Of a DNA stretch of 64,000 nucleotides, positions 28,306 through 37,474 are shown piece by piece. Origin of the DNA: an uncultured Thermoanaerobaculia bacterium (lineage in GTDB: Bacteria; Acidobacteriota; Thermoanaerobaculia; Multivoradales; Multivoraceae). Both the position numbers and the translations under genes were made by a program. The notes below the pieces were generated by a model, which was given only the letters and a program-made list of their open reading frames with translations, did no database searches and was not told where the DNA came from. Each line of letters starts with the position of its first letter. Within the stretch, counting starts at the first letter, position 1. The stretch spans positions 19,843 through 83,842 of the forward strand of contig CATOTG010000011.1 in assembly GCA_951813015.1 (NCBI GenBank). Direction: 5' to 3'.

Positions 28306-29849
28306 AACGACAACGACTCGTGGGCGCGGGCCGCCAGGCCGGCGCCGTCCTGTTGATCGCGGCACTGGGTGTCGCCGGCATCGGCTGCGGGCAGTCGAAC
28401 GCCGAACCCGGCGGCGAGAACCCCCGCGCCGGGCAAGGCGGACCGGGCGGGGCAAGGCCCGGGGGACGCGGCGGCGGTCCTCCAGGGGGCTTTCCGGGTG
28501 GCATGCCGGGCTTCGGCGGCGCCGCGGCCCCTTCCGCGATTCCGGTCAGGGTGACGAGCGTCATTCGCCGCGACATCGCGGACTACCTGGAAACGAACGG
28601 ATCGCTCGAAGCCGAGAACGAGGTCGACATCGTGGCGCGTACGGACGGCCCGATCGTCGAACTGAACGTGGAGGAGGGTGACTTCGTCCGCGCCGGCCAG
28701 GTGCTGGCGCGCATCGACGCGGCGGAGATCGAGGCCCAGCTCGGGATCGCCCGCGTCAACTTGGCCGAGGCGGAACTGGCGTGGAACCGGGCCCAGTCGT
28801 CCTACCGCGAGGAGGTGATCAGCCAGGAGGCGTACGACCTCGCGAAGTCGAACTTCGACGCCGCCGCCGCCCAGATCGTGGGCACCGGGATCCTCCTCGA
28901 CTACACCGTGATTCGGGCGCCCTTCGACGGTCTGATCATCGAGAGGGTGATCAGGAATGCCGAGCACGTCTCGAACAACGCGAGGCTGTTCCGGATCTCC
29001 GATTTCGATCCGCTGCTCTGTCCGATTCAGCTTCCCGAGAAGGACCTGCCGCGGCTCAAGCTGGATCAAACCGCCTACCTCACGGTCGAGGCGTATCCCG
29101 GCGAGCGCTTTCCGGCCCGCGTGCTGCGGATCAGCCCGGTCGTCGATCCGGCGACCGGTACGGTCAAGGTCACGCTCGAAGTGCAGGCCCAGGGCCGCCT
29201 GCGTCCCGGAATGTTCGCCAGCGTGTTCGTCGAGACGGACATCCACGAGAACGCGCTCGTCGTGCCGAAGCAGGCTCTGGTCCTGGAGAGCACGTCCGAC
29301 ACCGTGTACGTGGCGATGGACGACGGCGAGGGCGGCGCCGTCGCCCGGCGTCGTTCACTCGAACTCGGCTACGAGGAGAGCGACAGCCTGGAGGTGCTCT
29401 CCGGCCTGAGCGAGGGGGAGGACGTCGTGATCCGCGGTCAGGACAACCTGTCCGACCAGACGCCGGTGAGGATCGACGAACGGGAAGGACCGGCGGCAGC
29501 GCCCGCGACGTTCACCTCGTTGCCGGCCTCGGGCGCCGGGAACCCCGCCCCGGTCGCCAACGCTCAGGGGGCGCCGGCTGCCGGGAGCGCGCCGACCGCC
29601 GAGCAGGCCGCGCCGCAGGCCCGCCCGCCAGGCGGCCCCGGAGGCTTCCCCGGCGGCCCTCCGGGCGGATTCGATCCGAGCCAGATGACGCCGGAACGAA
29701 TCGAAACGATGAAGGCCCGGATGAAGGAACGGGGCATGAGCGAGGAACAGATCGACCAGATGATCGAGCGGATCCGGAGCGGCCAGGGGCCGCCGGGAAG
29801 ACCGCCGGGCGGGCAGCAGGGTGGACCGCCGGGCGGGCCGCGGGATTGA
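28302..29849 (+). CDS. RND efflux periplasmic adaptor (MFP/HlyD-like) with Gly/Pro-rich N- and C-terminal tails
   Basis: Lipoyl and beta-barrel MFP core (IVARTDGPIVELNVEEGDFVRAGQVLARID...VIRAPFDGLI...). The flanks are low-complexity (GGPGGARPGGRGGGPPGGFPGG and PPGGPGGFPGGPPGG...GGQQGGPPGGP). Confidence 0.85.
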   Translation: MKRQRLVGAGRQAGAVLLIAALGVAGIGCGQSNAEPGGENPRAGQGGPGGARPGGRGGGPPGGFPGGMPGFGGAAAPSAIPVRVTSVIRRDIADYLETNGSLEAENEVDIVARTDGPIVELNVEEGDFVRAGQVLARIDAAEIEAQLGIARVNLAEAELAWNRAQSSYREEVISQEAYDLAKSNFDAAAAQIVGTGILLDYTVIRAPFDGLIIERVIRNAEHVSNNARLFRISDFDPLLCPIQLPEKDLPRLKLDQTAYLTVEAYPGERFPARVLRISPVVDPATGTVKVTLEVQAQGRLRPGMFASVFVETDIHENALVVPKQALVLESTSDTVYVAMDDGEGGAVARRRSLELGYEESDSLEVLSGLSEGEDVVIRGQDNLSDQTPVRIDEREGPAAAPATFTSLPASGAGNPAPVANAQGAPAAGSAPTAEQAAPQARPPGGPGGFPGGPPGGFDPSQMTPERIETMKARMKERGMSEEQIDQMIERIRSGQGPPGRPPGGQQGGPPGGPRD

Positions 29850-29884
29850 TCGGGCCTCCGGGGTTCCTGACCGGGTAACACGAC

Positions 29885-32800
29885 ATGAAGGTTGTTTCCT
29901 TCGCCACCCGGCGACCGGTCACCGTGTTCATCTTCGCCCTGGCGGCGGTGGTCTTCGGCGGCGTCGCCTTCCGCGATCTCGCGGTCGACCTGCTGCCGGA
30001 CATCACCTATCCGTCGCTGACCGTCCAGACGGAGTACGAGGGCGCGGCGCCGGTCGAGATGGAGAACCTGATCACGCGGCCGGTCGAGGACGCGGTCGGC
30101 GTGGTCAACGGCGTCAACCGGGTCGTCTCCAGTTCGCGGGCCGATATCAGCGAGGTCACCCTGGAGTTTTCCTGGGGCACGAACATGGACTTCGCGTCGC
30201 TCGACGTGCGCGAGCGGCTGGATCAGGTGCGGTTGCCGATCGAGGCCGAACGGCCGGTGCTGCTGCGCTACGACCCCTCGCTCGATCCGATCCTGCGAAT
30301 GGGCCTGGCCGCCGGCGGGAGCGACCTGATCGCGCTGCGCCTGCTGGCCGAGGAGGACCTGAAACGGAAGCTCGAGCGCCTGGAAGGGGTCGCCGCGGTC
30401 GTCGTCAGCGGCGGCCTGGAGGAGGAGATCCAGGTCGAGATCGACGAACGCCGCCTGACCAGTCTCGGGTTGACGATGAACCAGGTGATGAACCGCCTGG
30501 CGCAGGAGAACGTGAACCTGACCGGCGGCCGGCTGCGCGACGGTCAGACGGACTACCTGGTGCGAACGATCAACGAGCTGCTGCGTCCGGAGGAGATGCG
30601 GGAAATCGTGATCGATCGATCCCGGGGCGCGATCGTGCGCCTGGAGGACATCGCCCGCGTCTACCAGGGCGCCAGGGAACGGGAGGTGATCACCCGCATC
30701 GACGGCCGGGAGGCCGTGGAGATCGCGGTCTACAAGGAGGGCGGCACGAACACGGTGACCGTCGCGTCCGCCGTCCTCGATCGGGTGGAGGAGCTCGAGG
30801 AGGATCTCAGGCAGGTCGACCCGCAGCTCGAGCTGACCGTGCTCACCGACCAGTCGCGCTACATCCGGGACTCCGTGTCGGCCGTGATCGAGACCGCCCT
30901 GATCGGCGGCTCGCTTGCGATCGTCGTCCTGTTCCTGTTTCTGCGGAGTGCGCCCAAGACGCTGATCATCGGCATCTCGATCCCGGTCTCCGTCGTCGCG
31001 ACCTTCTTCTTGATGTACGTCGCCGGCGTGTCGCTGAACATCATGTCGCTGGGCGGGATCACGCTCGGCATCGGACTGCTGCTGGACAACTCGATCGTCG
31101 TCCTGGAGGCGATCCAGCGGCGCCGGGACCAGGGCGTGGGCATCGTCGAGGCTGCCCGTGGCGGCGCCTCCGAGGTAGGCCGTGCAGTGATCGCGAGCAC
31201 GATCACTACCGTCTGCGTGTTCGTGCCGATCGTGTTCGTCGAGGGCGTCGCCGGCCAGATGTTCGGCGATCAGGCGCTGACCGTGACCTTCTCCCTGCTC
31301 GTGTCGCTGGGGGTCGCGCTGACCGTGATCCCGATGCTCGCCTCCCGGAAGTTCTTCGCGACCGGGGACAGGGTCGAGAAGGTCGATTTCGCCGGGCGGT
31401 CCAACCCGGTTACCCGCGGTCTGGCGGATTTCTTCAACGCGATTGGGTTTGTCGTCGCGCTGACGGTCAGGATCGTGTTCGGTGGCGTTTCGACCGTCAT
31501 GTCGTGGCTCCTGCGGCCCGTGCTTGCCGGTTTCGACGCCTTGCTGCGGGGGATTACCGCGGTCTACGCCCGGATCCTCCGCGGCGCGCTGCGTCATCCC
31601 GCTCTGGTCGTCCTGGTGGCCCTCGTGCTCCTGGCCGGCAGCGTGCAGCTCATCGGCTCATTGGGCAGCGAACTCGTGCCGGAGCTGATCCAGGGCGAGT
31701 TCTACGTCGACGCTGAACTGGCGCCGGGCAGCCGGCTCGAAGTAACGGACCGGCGTCTGGCGGTCATCGACAAGCGCGTGCGCGAGTTTGCCGATGAGTT
31801 CGGCGTCCAGTCCGTCTACATTGTGGTCGGCACCTCGAACGAACAGGGAGGCGCGGCCGGCGAGAGACGGGAGAACATCGGGCAGGTCAACGTGCGGATG
31901 GAACCTCCGATCGATGCCGAGCGGGAAGAGCTGGTGATGAGCCGGATCCGGGATCTGATCGATACGGAGAATGCGTCCTTCACCGGCCCGGCGACCCCGG
32001 CCGACGGGGTGGCCCCCGTCGGTGGAGGACAGGCGCTTTCCGTCGCCGGCCGGCCGGCCGCCGGGGGAGGCCAGGCGAGTTCTGCCGCCGGTCCGGCGCC
32101 CGCTGCCGGCGGCGCCCGGCCGGCGCTGACGGACGACTCGCTGAAGTACCGCTTCGGCCGTCCCACGTACTTCAGCTTCAGGAGCCCGGTCGAAGTGCAG
32201 ATCCGTGGGCACAATCTCGCCCTGCTGGAGTTGCTGGCCGACCAGGTCGCATCGCGAATGCGCCAGGTCGAGGGTCTCGTCGACGTGAAGTCGTCCACCG
32301 AGGGCGGCAACCCGGAGTTGCAGATCGTCTTCGACCGGGAACGGCTGTCGGCATTGAACTACACCGTCGCCCAGCTCGGCGCCGTCATCCGCTCCAAGGT
32401 GCAGGGCGATATCGTGACCGACATCGTCCGCGAGGACCGCAACATCGAAGTCCGGATGCGGACCGACGAGGGCTACCGCGACTCGGTGCGCGACCTGCGC
32501 AACCTGAACATCCGCCAGAGCGGCGCGACCCCGCTGCCGCTGTCGGCGGTCGCGGAGGTGATCGAGACGGAAGGGCCGGCCGAGATTCGCCGCAGCGACG
32601 GCGGTCGGGTCGCGCTGATCGAAGCGAACATCGTCGGCCGCGACCTGGGAAGCGTCTCCGACGACATCCAGTCCATCCTCGATTCGACCCGGTTCCCGGT
32701 CGGCTTCGACGTTCTCGTAGGCGGCCAGCGCCAGGAAATGGAGCGCTCGTTCGACAGCATGCGGCTCGCGATCCTGCTGGCGGTGTTCATGGTCTACCTC

Positions 32801-33280
32801 GTCATGGCGTCCCAGTTCGAGTCCCTGCTGCACCCCTTCGTCATCCTGTTCGCCGTGCCCTTCTCGGTCATCGGGGCGATTGGCATCCTCTACCTCACGC
32901 GCACCCCGGTCAGCATCGTCGTTTTGATCGGCGGCATCCTGCTGGCGGGGATCGTGGTCAACAACGCGATCATCCTGATCGACTACACGAACCGCCTGCG
33001 CCGCGCCGGCAAGGCGAAGATCGACGCCCTGCGCGAGGCCTGCATGGTCCGGCTGCGGCCGATCCTCATGACGACCTCGACCACCGTGCTCGGCCTGCTG
33101 CCGATGGCCCTGGGCCTGGGCGAGGGAGCGGAACTCAGAACGCCGATGGCGCTGACCGTGGTCGGCGGACTGCTGACATCGACGCTTTTGACCCTGATCG
33201 TGATCCCGGCGCTGTACATGCTTCTTGACCGCCACAAGCACGAGGCCGATCCGGAAGCCGTTGCCCCGAGCGCGGGCTGA
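29885..33280 (+). CDS. RND efflux transporter permease (AcrB/HAE-like) 2
   Basis: 1,131 aa with AcrB architecture (NNAIILIDYTNRLRRAG). An Ala/Gly-rich insertion sits in a periplasmic loop. Confidence 0.9.
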   Translation: MKVVSFATRRPVTVFIFALAAVVFGGVAFRDLAVDLLPDITYPSLTVQTEYEGAAPVEMENLITRPVEDAVGVVNGVNRVVSSSRADISEVTLEFSWGTNMDFASLDVRERLDQVRLPIEAERPVLLRYDPSLDPILRMGLAAGGSDLIALRLLAEEDLKRKLERLEGVAAVVVSGGLEEEIQVEIDERRLTSLGLTMNQVMNRLAQENVNLTGGRLRDGQTDYLVRTINELLRPEEMREIVIDRSRGAIVRLEDIARVYQGAREREVITRIDGREAVEIAVYKEGGTNTVTVASAVLDRVEELEEDLRQVDPQLELTVLTDQSRYIRDSVSAVIETALIGGSLAIVVLFLFLRSAPKTLIIGISIPVSVVATFFLMYVAGVSLNIMSLGGITLGIGLLLDNSIVVLEAIQRRRDQGVGIVEAARGGASEVGRAVIASTITTVCVFVPIVFVEGVAGQMFGDQALTVTFSLLVSLGVALTVIPMLASRKFFATGDRVEKVDFAGRSNPVTRGLADFFNAIGFVVALTVRIVFGGVSTVMSWLLRPVLAGFDALLRGITAVYARILRGALRHPALVVLVALVLLAGSVQLIGSLGSELVPELIQGEFYVDAELAPGSRLEVTDRRLAVIDKRVREFADEFGVQSVYIVVGTSNEQGGAAGERRENIGQVNVRMEPPIDAEREELVMSRIRDLIDTENASFTGPATPADGVAPVGGGQALSVAGRPAAGGGQASSAAGPAPAAGGARPALTDDSLKYRFGRPTYFSFRSPVEVQIRGHNLALLELLADQVASRMRQVEGLVDVKSSTEGGNPELQIVFDRERLSALNYTVAQLGAVIRSKVQGDIVTDIVREDRNIEVRMRTDEGYRDSVRDLRNLNIRQSGATPLPLSAVAEVIETEGPAEIRRSDGGRVALIEANIVGRDLGSVSDDIQSILDSTRFPVGFDVLVGGQRQEMERSFDSMRLAILLAVFMVYLVMASQFESLLHPFVILFAVPFSVIGAIGILYLTRTPVSIVVLIGGILLAGIVVNNAIILIDYTNRLRRAGKAKIDALREACMVRLRPILMTTSTTVLGLLPMALGLGEGAELRTPMALTVVGGLLTSTLLTLIVIPALYMLLDRHKHEADPEAVAPSAG

Positions 33281-33559
33281 TCCCGGTTGCCGCGCCGGGC
33301 GCAGAGGTGTAGAGTCCAAACTCTCAAGTAGCAGAAGAGCCGCTTCACGAGCGGGATCGGGCAAAGGACTTCGGCAGAGGACCTTCGCAGCATGGGAAAC
33401 CAGAGCTTCAGGGCGCGTCGCAAGAGGTACAGCGTCTCGCCACGTGCGGGCCTCCCGTTTGAACCGGGCCTCAGCAGTTCGTCGCCACCCTCGTTGATCT
33501 CGAATGCTGACTCGCGGTCACACGGCAGGGTTGTTTCGGCCTCGCTGCCGGGGCAGCTA

Positions 33560-33581
33560 CCCCCCCCCCCCCCCCCCCCCC
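33560..33581. repeat. homopolymeric poly-C tract, 22 nt
   Basis: An uninterrupted run of 22 C in the 700-bp non-coding gap, 398 bp upstream of the ATG at 33979. Confidence 0.95.
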
Positions 33582-33978
33582 GGAAAATCTGAGCGCCCGC
33601 TGATCACATCTTCGACCCACCTCCTCACCGCGGGAATCGGGTCGAAGCTGGCGCCGCCGACCGCGGTGCGCCACGCAGGAGCCGCCAGAACCCCAAAGAG
33701 GGCGCCGGTCGGCCGCTTCATCTTCGCCGGCTCGACCAGGCTGCCGGCCTCAGGGCCAAGAGTGGATCACTTCCAGAACGTGGAGTAGCTCACTCTCCGA
33801 GCGATGCCTCCAACCAGGACCTCAAGATCGTCACGTACACACGATCGCACCTCCGAAAGGAACTGCTCATGCGCGCAGAGAGATCCGCGCAGGGAGATCA
33901 CGGTCCGTTCCCGGGCTCGCCAGCCGCACCGATGGACTGCCTCCGCACTCGCAGGACAATCACGGGAGAAGCCACCAC

Positions 33979-36900
33979 ATGACACCCAACGCGGCCCGGC
34001 ACGACAGCCTGCAACGACCGAACACTCCGCCGCCAGCAGGGCCGAGGATGCAACTGAGCCGCGAGCGAGCGGGCGACAACCGCGACCGGGTGCTGCCGCC
34101 CCCGCCCGCAGGACGGCGGGAGCAACGGAGCCGGCCGAAACTCCGACCGCCGGCCCGGCGCCTCGCCGCACTCCTGCTGGCCGCCGCGTGCGGCACAGGC
34201 GTTGCCGAAGGCCAGCGGCTCTGGAGTGTCGAGGACGTTGCCGACCGAACGCGACCGCCGCTCGGCCCGGATGGCGTCCTGCCCTTTGCCGCAACAGACG
34301 GCGCCGAACCCCTCGTGCCGGCATCGCCGACCTTCAGACGGATGTATCGGACGTCGCCAGACGCCCCAACAGGCGGCGCCGGACCCCTGACCGCCGAGGC
34401 TGCGCGGATCCAGGTCACGTTCGACTACCTGCGGCTCGGCTTCGGACACCTCGAACTGCCGCTCCCGGACGGCACGGCAATCGAAGCCGAGAACGCGGTG
34501 TTCGAGGACCGCGGAAACGGCAACTTCCTGTGGACCGGCGAAGTGCCCGGCGCCGGATACGAAAGCGTCCTGTTCACGGTCCAGGACGAGCACCTCGTCG
34601 GCTGGTTCGGAGAACCGGGAGGACCGAAGTACACCGTTTACGCCGGACCCGACGGCCGGGGAACACTTGCCGTGGAACAGGGACCAACCGGAAACTGGTG
34701 CGGCGTGGTGGAGGGAAGACCGCCGGCCGGCCCGGCCGTCTCGGCGGCGCCCGCCCGGGACCGCCCGGATTCCGTTGCGGGAAGATCGACCGGCAGCAGT
34801 CTGGACATCCTTGCTCTCTATCCCGGCCGCACGGAACGGTATTGGCGGGTCATCGGGGGACCCTCCGTCGGCATCCAGCAACTCGAGGACTACCTGAACA
34901 TGGTGTTCCGCAACGGACAGATCCCGGCAACGGCAAATCTGATCCCCGAGCGATGGGACCCGGTCCTGGCGAGTCATCCCGGTGTGGGTGGCGGTCACCG
35001 CTACAGCGGGCACGAGCAATGGCTCTGGGAGTTCGTGCGAGACCACGACGTATGGCGGCTGCAAAAGCGCCATCAAGCCGACCTCGTCCACTTCCTGCCC
35101 GACTGGGGTACCGCAGCCGGCACGGCCCGTCTGAGATCGGACCTCGAGCCGCGCGTCTTAACTGGCTGGTCCGTGCCCTGGCCGAGCGTCTTCGCCCATG
35201 AGATCGGGCACAACCTCGGCGGCATGCACGAGCCGGTGACCTTCAGAGACTTTGCGGAGCTGCAGTCCGATTGGTGGCGTCCGTATGTCTTCGGCCATAC
35301 CGACATGACCTCGTGCGCCAAGCGTGAGGGATCGGGCGACCTCTTGCTGTGCCCGAAAACGATCATGAGCTATGGCTGGGACACTTGGAACGTCCCCAAG
35401 CGCTCCAGCGTGAGGGAACCGTTCTACTCGTCTGTCCGGCACCAGCCGAACGGCTGGACGATCGGCGTCGCCGGCACGAGCGAGGTGGAACGCCTGTTCC
35501 ATGAAACCGTTCCCGTGGCGGTCCGCAGCGGGGAGGCGCAGGAGCCCAGGGCGCAGGACCCGCGACGGATCACGGCCCGGTGGACAGACCGGAACACGGT
35601 GCGTGTGTCCTTTGCTCTTGACCGGTGGAGGAACGTTGGGTATGTCAACGTCGGCCTGACGGGAGGCGGAAGCGAATTTTACCAGTGGGCGTTCAAGCAT
35701 CTTGACACTGAGGGTGGTGGGCGGAAGTACGTTCTTGACGAGGAGCGGACCGACAGCAACGTGACGCCGCTCTTCGATCCGCCGGATGAATTCGCGACCC
35801 CGGAGGTGACGGGCGTGGACATCACCGGGCTGCGGCCGGGTGGCCGCTACAAGGTCTCGGCGGACAGGTCGGGTGCCCTCAGCAGCGATGTGTTCGATCT
35901 GCGGCCGCCGGAAGCCGCGCAGGGCGCGCCGGCGGCGCCGGCGCATCTGAGCGCCCAGACAACGGGAGACGATGGCGCCCACCTGACCTGGAGCGTCGAC
36001 GACTCGTCGCCGGCAGGCGACTTCGAGGTCTGGTATCGCAAGTGGTCCGGCGAGGAGGCGGACGAGGTCTGGAGCCGCTACGGGGCCGCGCTGCCGGCGA
36101 GCGCCCGGTCGGCGGACGTCCGGGGACTGGCGGCGGGGGAGGAGGTTGCTGCCCGGTTTACGCCTGACTCTTGGGCGCTCCATTACATGGCCCGCGGTCG
36201 GTACTCCTTTGTCGTCGTCGCATACAACGCCGCGGGCTTCGCCGCCAGCGAGACGCTGGACTTCGAGTTCATGCCGGGGCCGTTCCCGGAGGCCACGCCC
36301 GCGGGAGAGCCGCCAGATTGCTGGCGCCGGTCCTCCGGCTTGGAGTTGGACGGCTACGAAGTCGATGTTTGCGTGGAGACTCCCGAGGGCGAGCGCCGGC
36401 GGGCCTGGGACTATCGCCTGGAGGCGGACCAGTCCGGGCTCCTGTACTTCTTCGATCGCGACAACGTCGAGCTGCTCGTGAAAGTCCTGGATGGCTGCGC
36501 CGTCAACGGCCACCGCTGGGTCTTCGTGGCGCCGGTGACGACCCTGGGATTTCGGCTGAACATCCGGGAATACAGTTCCTTTTTCCCGGACGGAGGCCTG
36601 TGGTACTACGATTCGAAGCGACGGCCTCAGGAGCGTCTCGCGTGGTGGTATAACGACGACGGCAACCCGCAGGGCAGCACCGCCCGCACGGTGAGCGACA
36701 CGACGGCTTTCTCCTGCACGCCGGCCGAGATCGCCGCAGCAAAGGCGCAGGCGGCGGTCGCGGAGGGCGGGTACGCGGCGTTCCTGCGTTCCCGCGGCCT
36801 GACCGGCGCCGGCCTCGCCTCGCTGGAGCGCCGGAGTGCGGGCGCGTCCACGGACTGCGAGCCGGGCGGAACCGCGCTCACCCTGGCCGGCGGCTACCAG

Positions 36901-37200
36901 GTCTCCATGTGCTACGAGACCTACGCCGGCGACACCGGCGATGCCCTCGACTGGGGCCTCGATTCCTCGCAGTCCGCGCTGCTCTACTTCTTTGAGCGGA
37001 ACAACGCGGAAGTCCTGATCAAGGTGCTCGACGGTTGCGGCGTGAACGGCCACCGCTGGGTCTTCGTCGCGCCGGTCACCGACCTCGCCTTCAACCTGCG
37101 CGTCGAAAGTCCGAACGGCGAGGTCTGGACCCACACGAACCGCCTGGGACAGACCGCCGACGCGGCCAGCGACACCTCGGCCTTCAGCTGCACCACGTGA
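33979..37200 (+). CDS. large secreted metzincin-type zinc metalloprotease (reprolysin/M12B-like motif) + FN3-like domain + 2 x 'VKVLDGC..NGHxW' Cys module (paralog 1)
   Basis: HEIGHNLGGMHE (HExxHxxGxxH, nt 35198-35233) with a downstream IMSYG Met-turn candidate. Signal-like LAALLLAAACGTGVAEG. FN3-like HLTWS..FEVWYRKWSG..VVVAYNAAGF. Two C-terminal modules (LLYFFDRDNVELLVKVLDGCAVNGHRWVFVAPVT... and LLYFFERNNAEVLIKVLDGCGVNGHRWVFVAPVT...AFSC). A GGGAGA SD precedes the ATG. Confidence 0.8.
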   Translation: MTPNAARHDSLQRPNTPPPAGPRMQLSRERAGDNRDRVLPPPPAGRREQRSRPKLRPPARRLAALLLAAACGTGVAEGQRLWSVEDVADRTRPPLGPDGVLPFAATDGAEPLVPASPTFRRMYRTSPDAPTGGAGPLTAEAARIQVTFDYLRLGFGHLELPLPDGTAIEAENAVFEDRGNGNFLWTGEVPGAGYESVLFTVQDEHLVGWFGEPGGPKYTVYAGPDGRGTLAVEQGPTGNWCGVVEGRPPAGPAVSAAPARDRPDSVAGRSTGSSLDILALYPGRTERYWRVIGGPSVGIQQLEDYLNMVFRNGQIPATANLIPERWDPVLASHPGVGGGHRYSGHEQWLWEFVRDHDVWRLQKRHQADLVHFLPDWGTAAGTARLRSDLEPRVLTGWSVPWPSVFAHEIGHNLGGMHEPVTFRDFAELQSDWWRPYVFGHTDMTSCAKREGSGDLLLCPKTIMSYGWDTWNVPKRSSVREPFYSSVRHQPNGWTIGVAGTSEVERLFHETVPVAVRSGEAQEPRAQDPRRITARWTDRNTVRVSFALDRWRNVGYVNVGLTGGGSEFYQWAFKHLDTEGGGRKYVLDEERTDSNVTPLFDPPDEFATPEVTGVDITGLRPGGRYKVSADRSGALSSDVFDLRPPEAAQGAPAAPAHLSAQTTGDDGAHLTWSVDDSSPAGDFEVWYRKWSGEEADEVWSRYGAALPASARSADVRGLAAGEEVAARFTPDSWALHYMARGRYSFVVVAYNAAGFAASETLDFEFMPGPFPEATPAGEPPDCWRRSSGLELDGYEVDVCVETPEGERRRAWDYRLEADQSGLLYFFDRDNVELLVKVLDGCAVNGHRWVFVAPVTTLGFRLNIREYSSFFPDGGLWYYDSKRRPQERLAWWYNDDGNPQGSTARTVSDTTAFSCTPAEIAAAKAQAAVAEGGYAAFLRSRGLTGAGLASLERRSAGASTDCEPGGTALTLAGGYQVSMCYETYAGDTGDALDWGLDSSQSALLYFFERNNAEVLIKVLDGCGVNGHRWVFVAPVTDLAFNLRVESPNGEVWTHTNRLGQTADAASDTSAFSCTT

Positions 37201-37474
37201 CCCGAGTCGTGGCGGGGATCGGGTTGGCCCCGACGGACTCCGTGAGCCCACTCTCCGTCGGCATGAGGATCTGGAGGAATGGCTCGGACGGCGGCGCGCG
37301 GAGACGGCCCGCTCATCCGTCCAGCCTCATCGTTGCGTTCTCCGCGCACCCGGAGAACGGCCGTTGGCGCGTCGGCGGCGCGAAGATCGAGCGTGCGGGG
37401 AAACGCCGGGCGGGCGGTCTCGACAGCGACGGCGCCTGCAGTGTGCGCCGGAGAATCACAGGAGGATCCACGAC

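Noticed and set aside
33281-33978. Small ORFs spanning or flanking the poly-C tract (33392..33592, 33504..33788, 33471..33674 minus)
   Set aside because: They show no coding-like composition, no motifs and no ribosome-binding sites. They read through the homopolymer as poly-Pro or poly-Gly, so I treat the region as non-coding or decayed.
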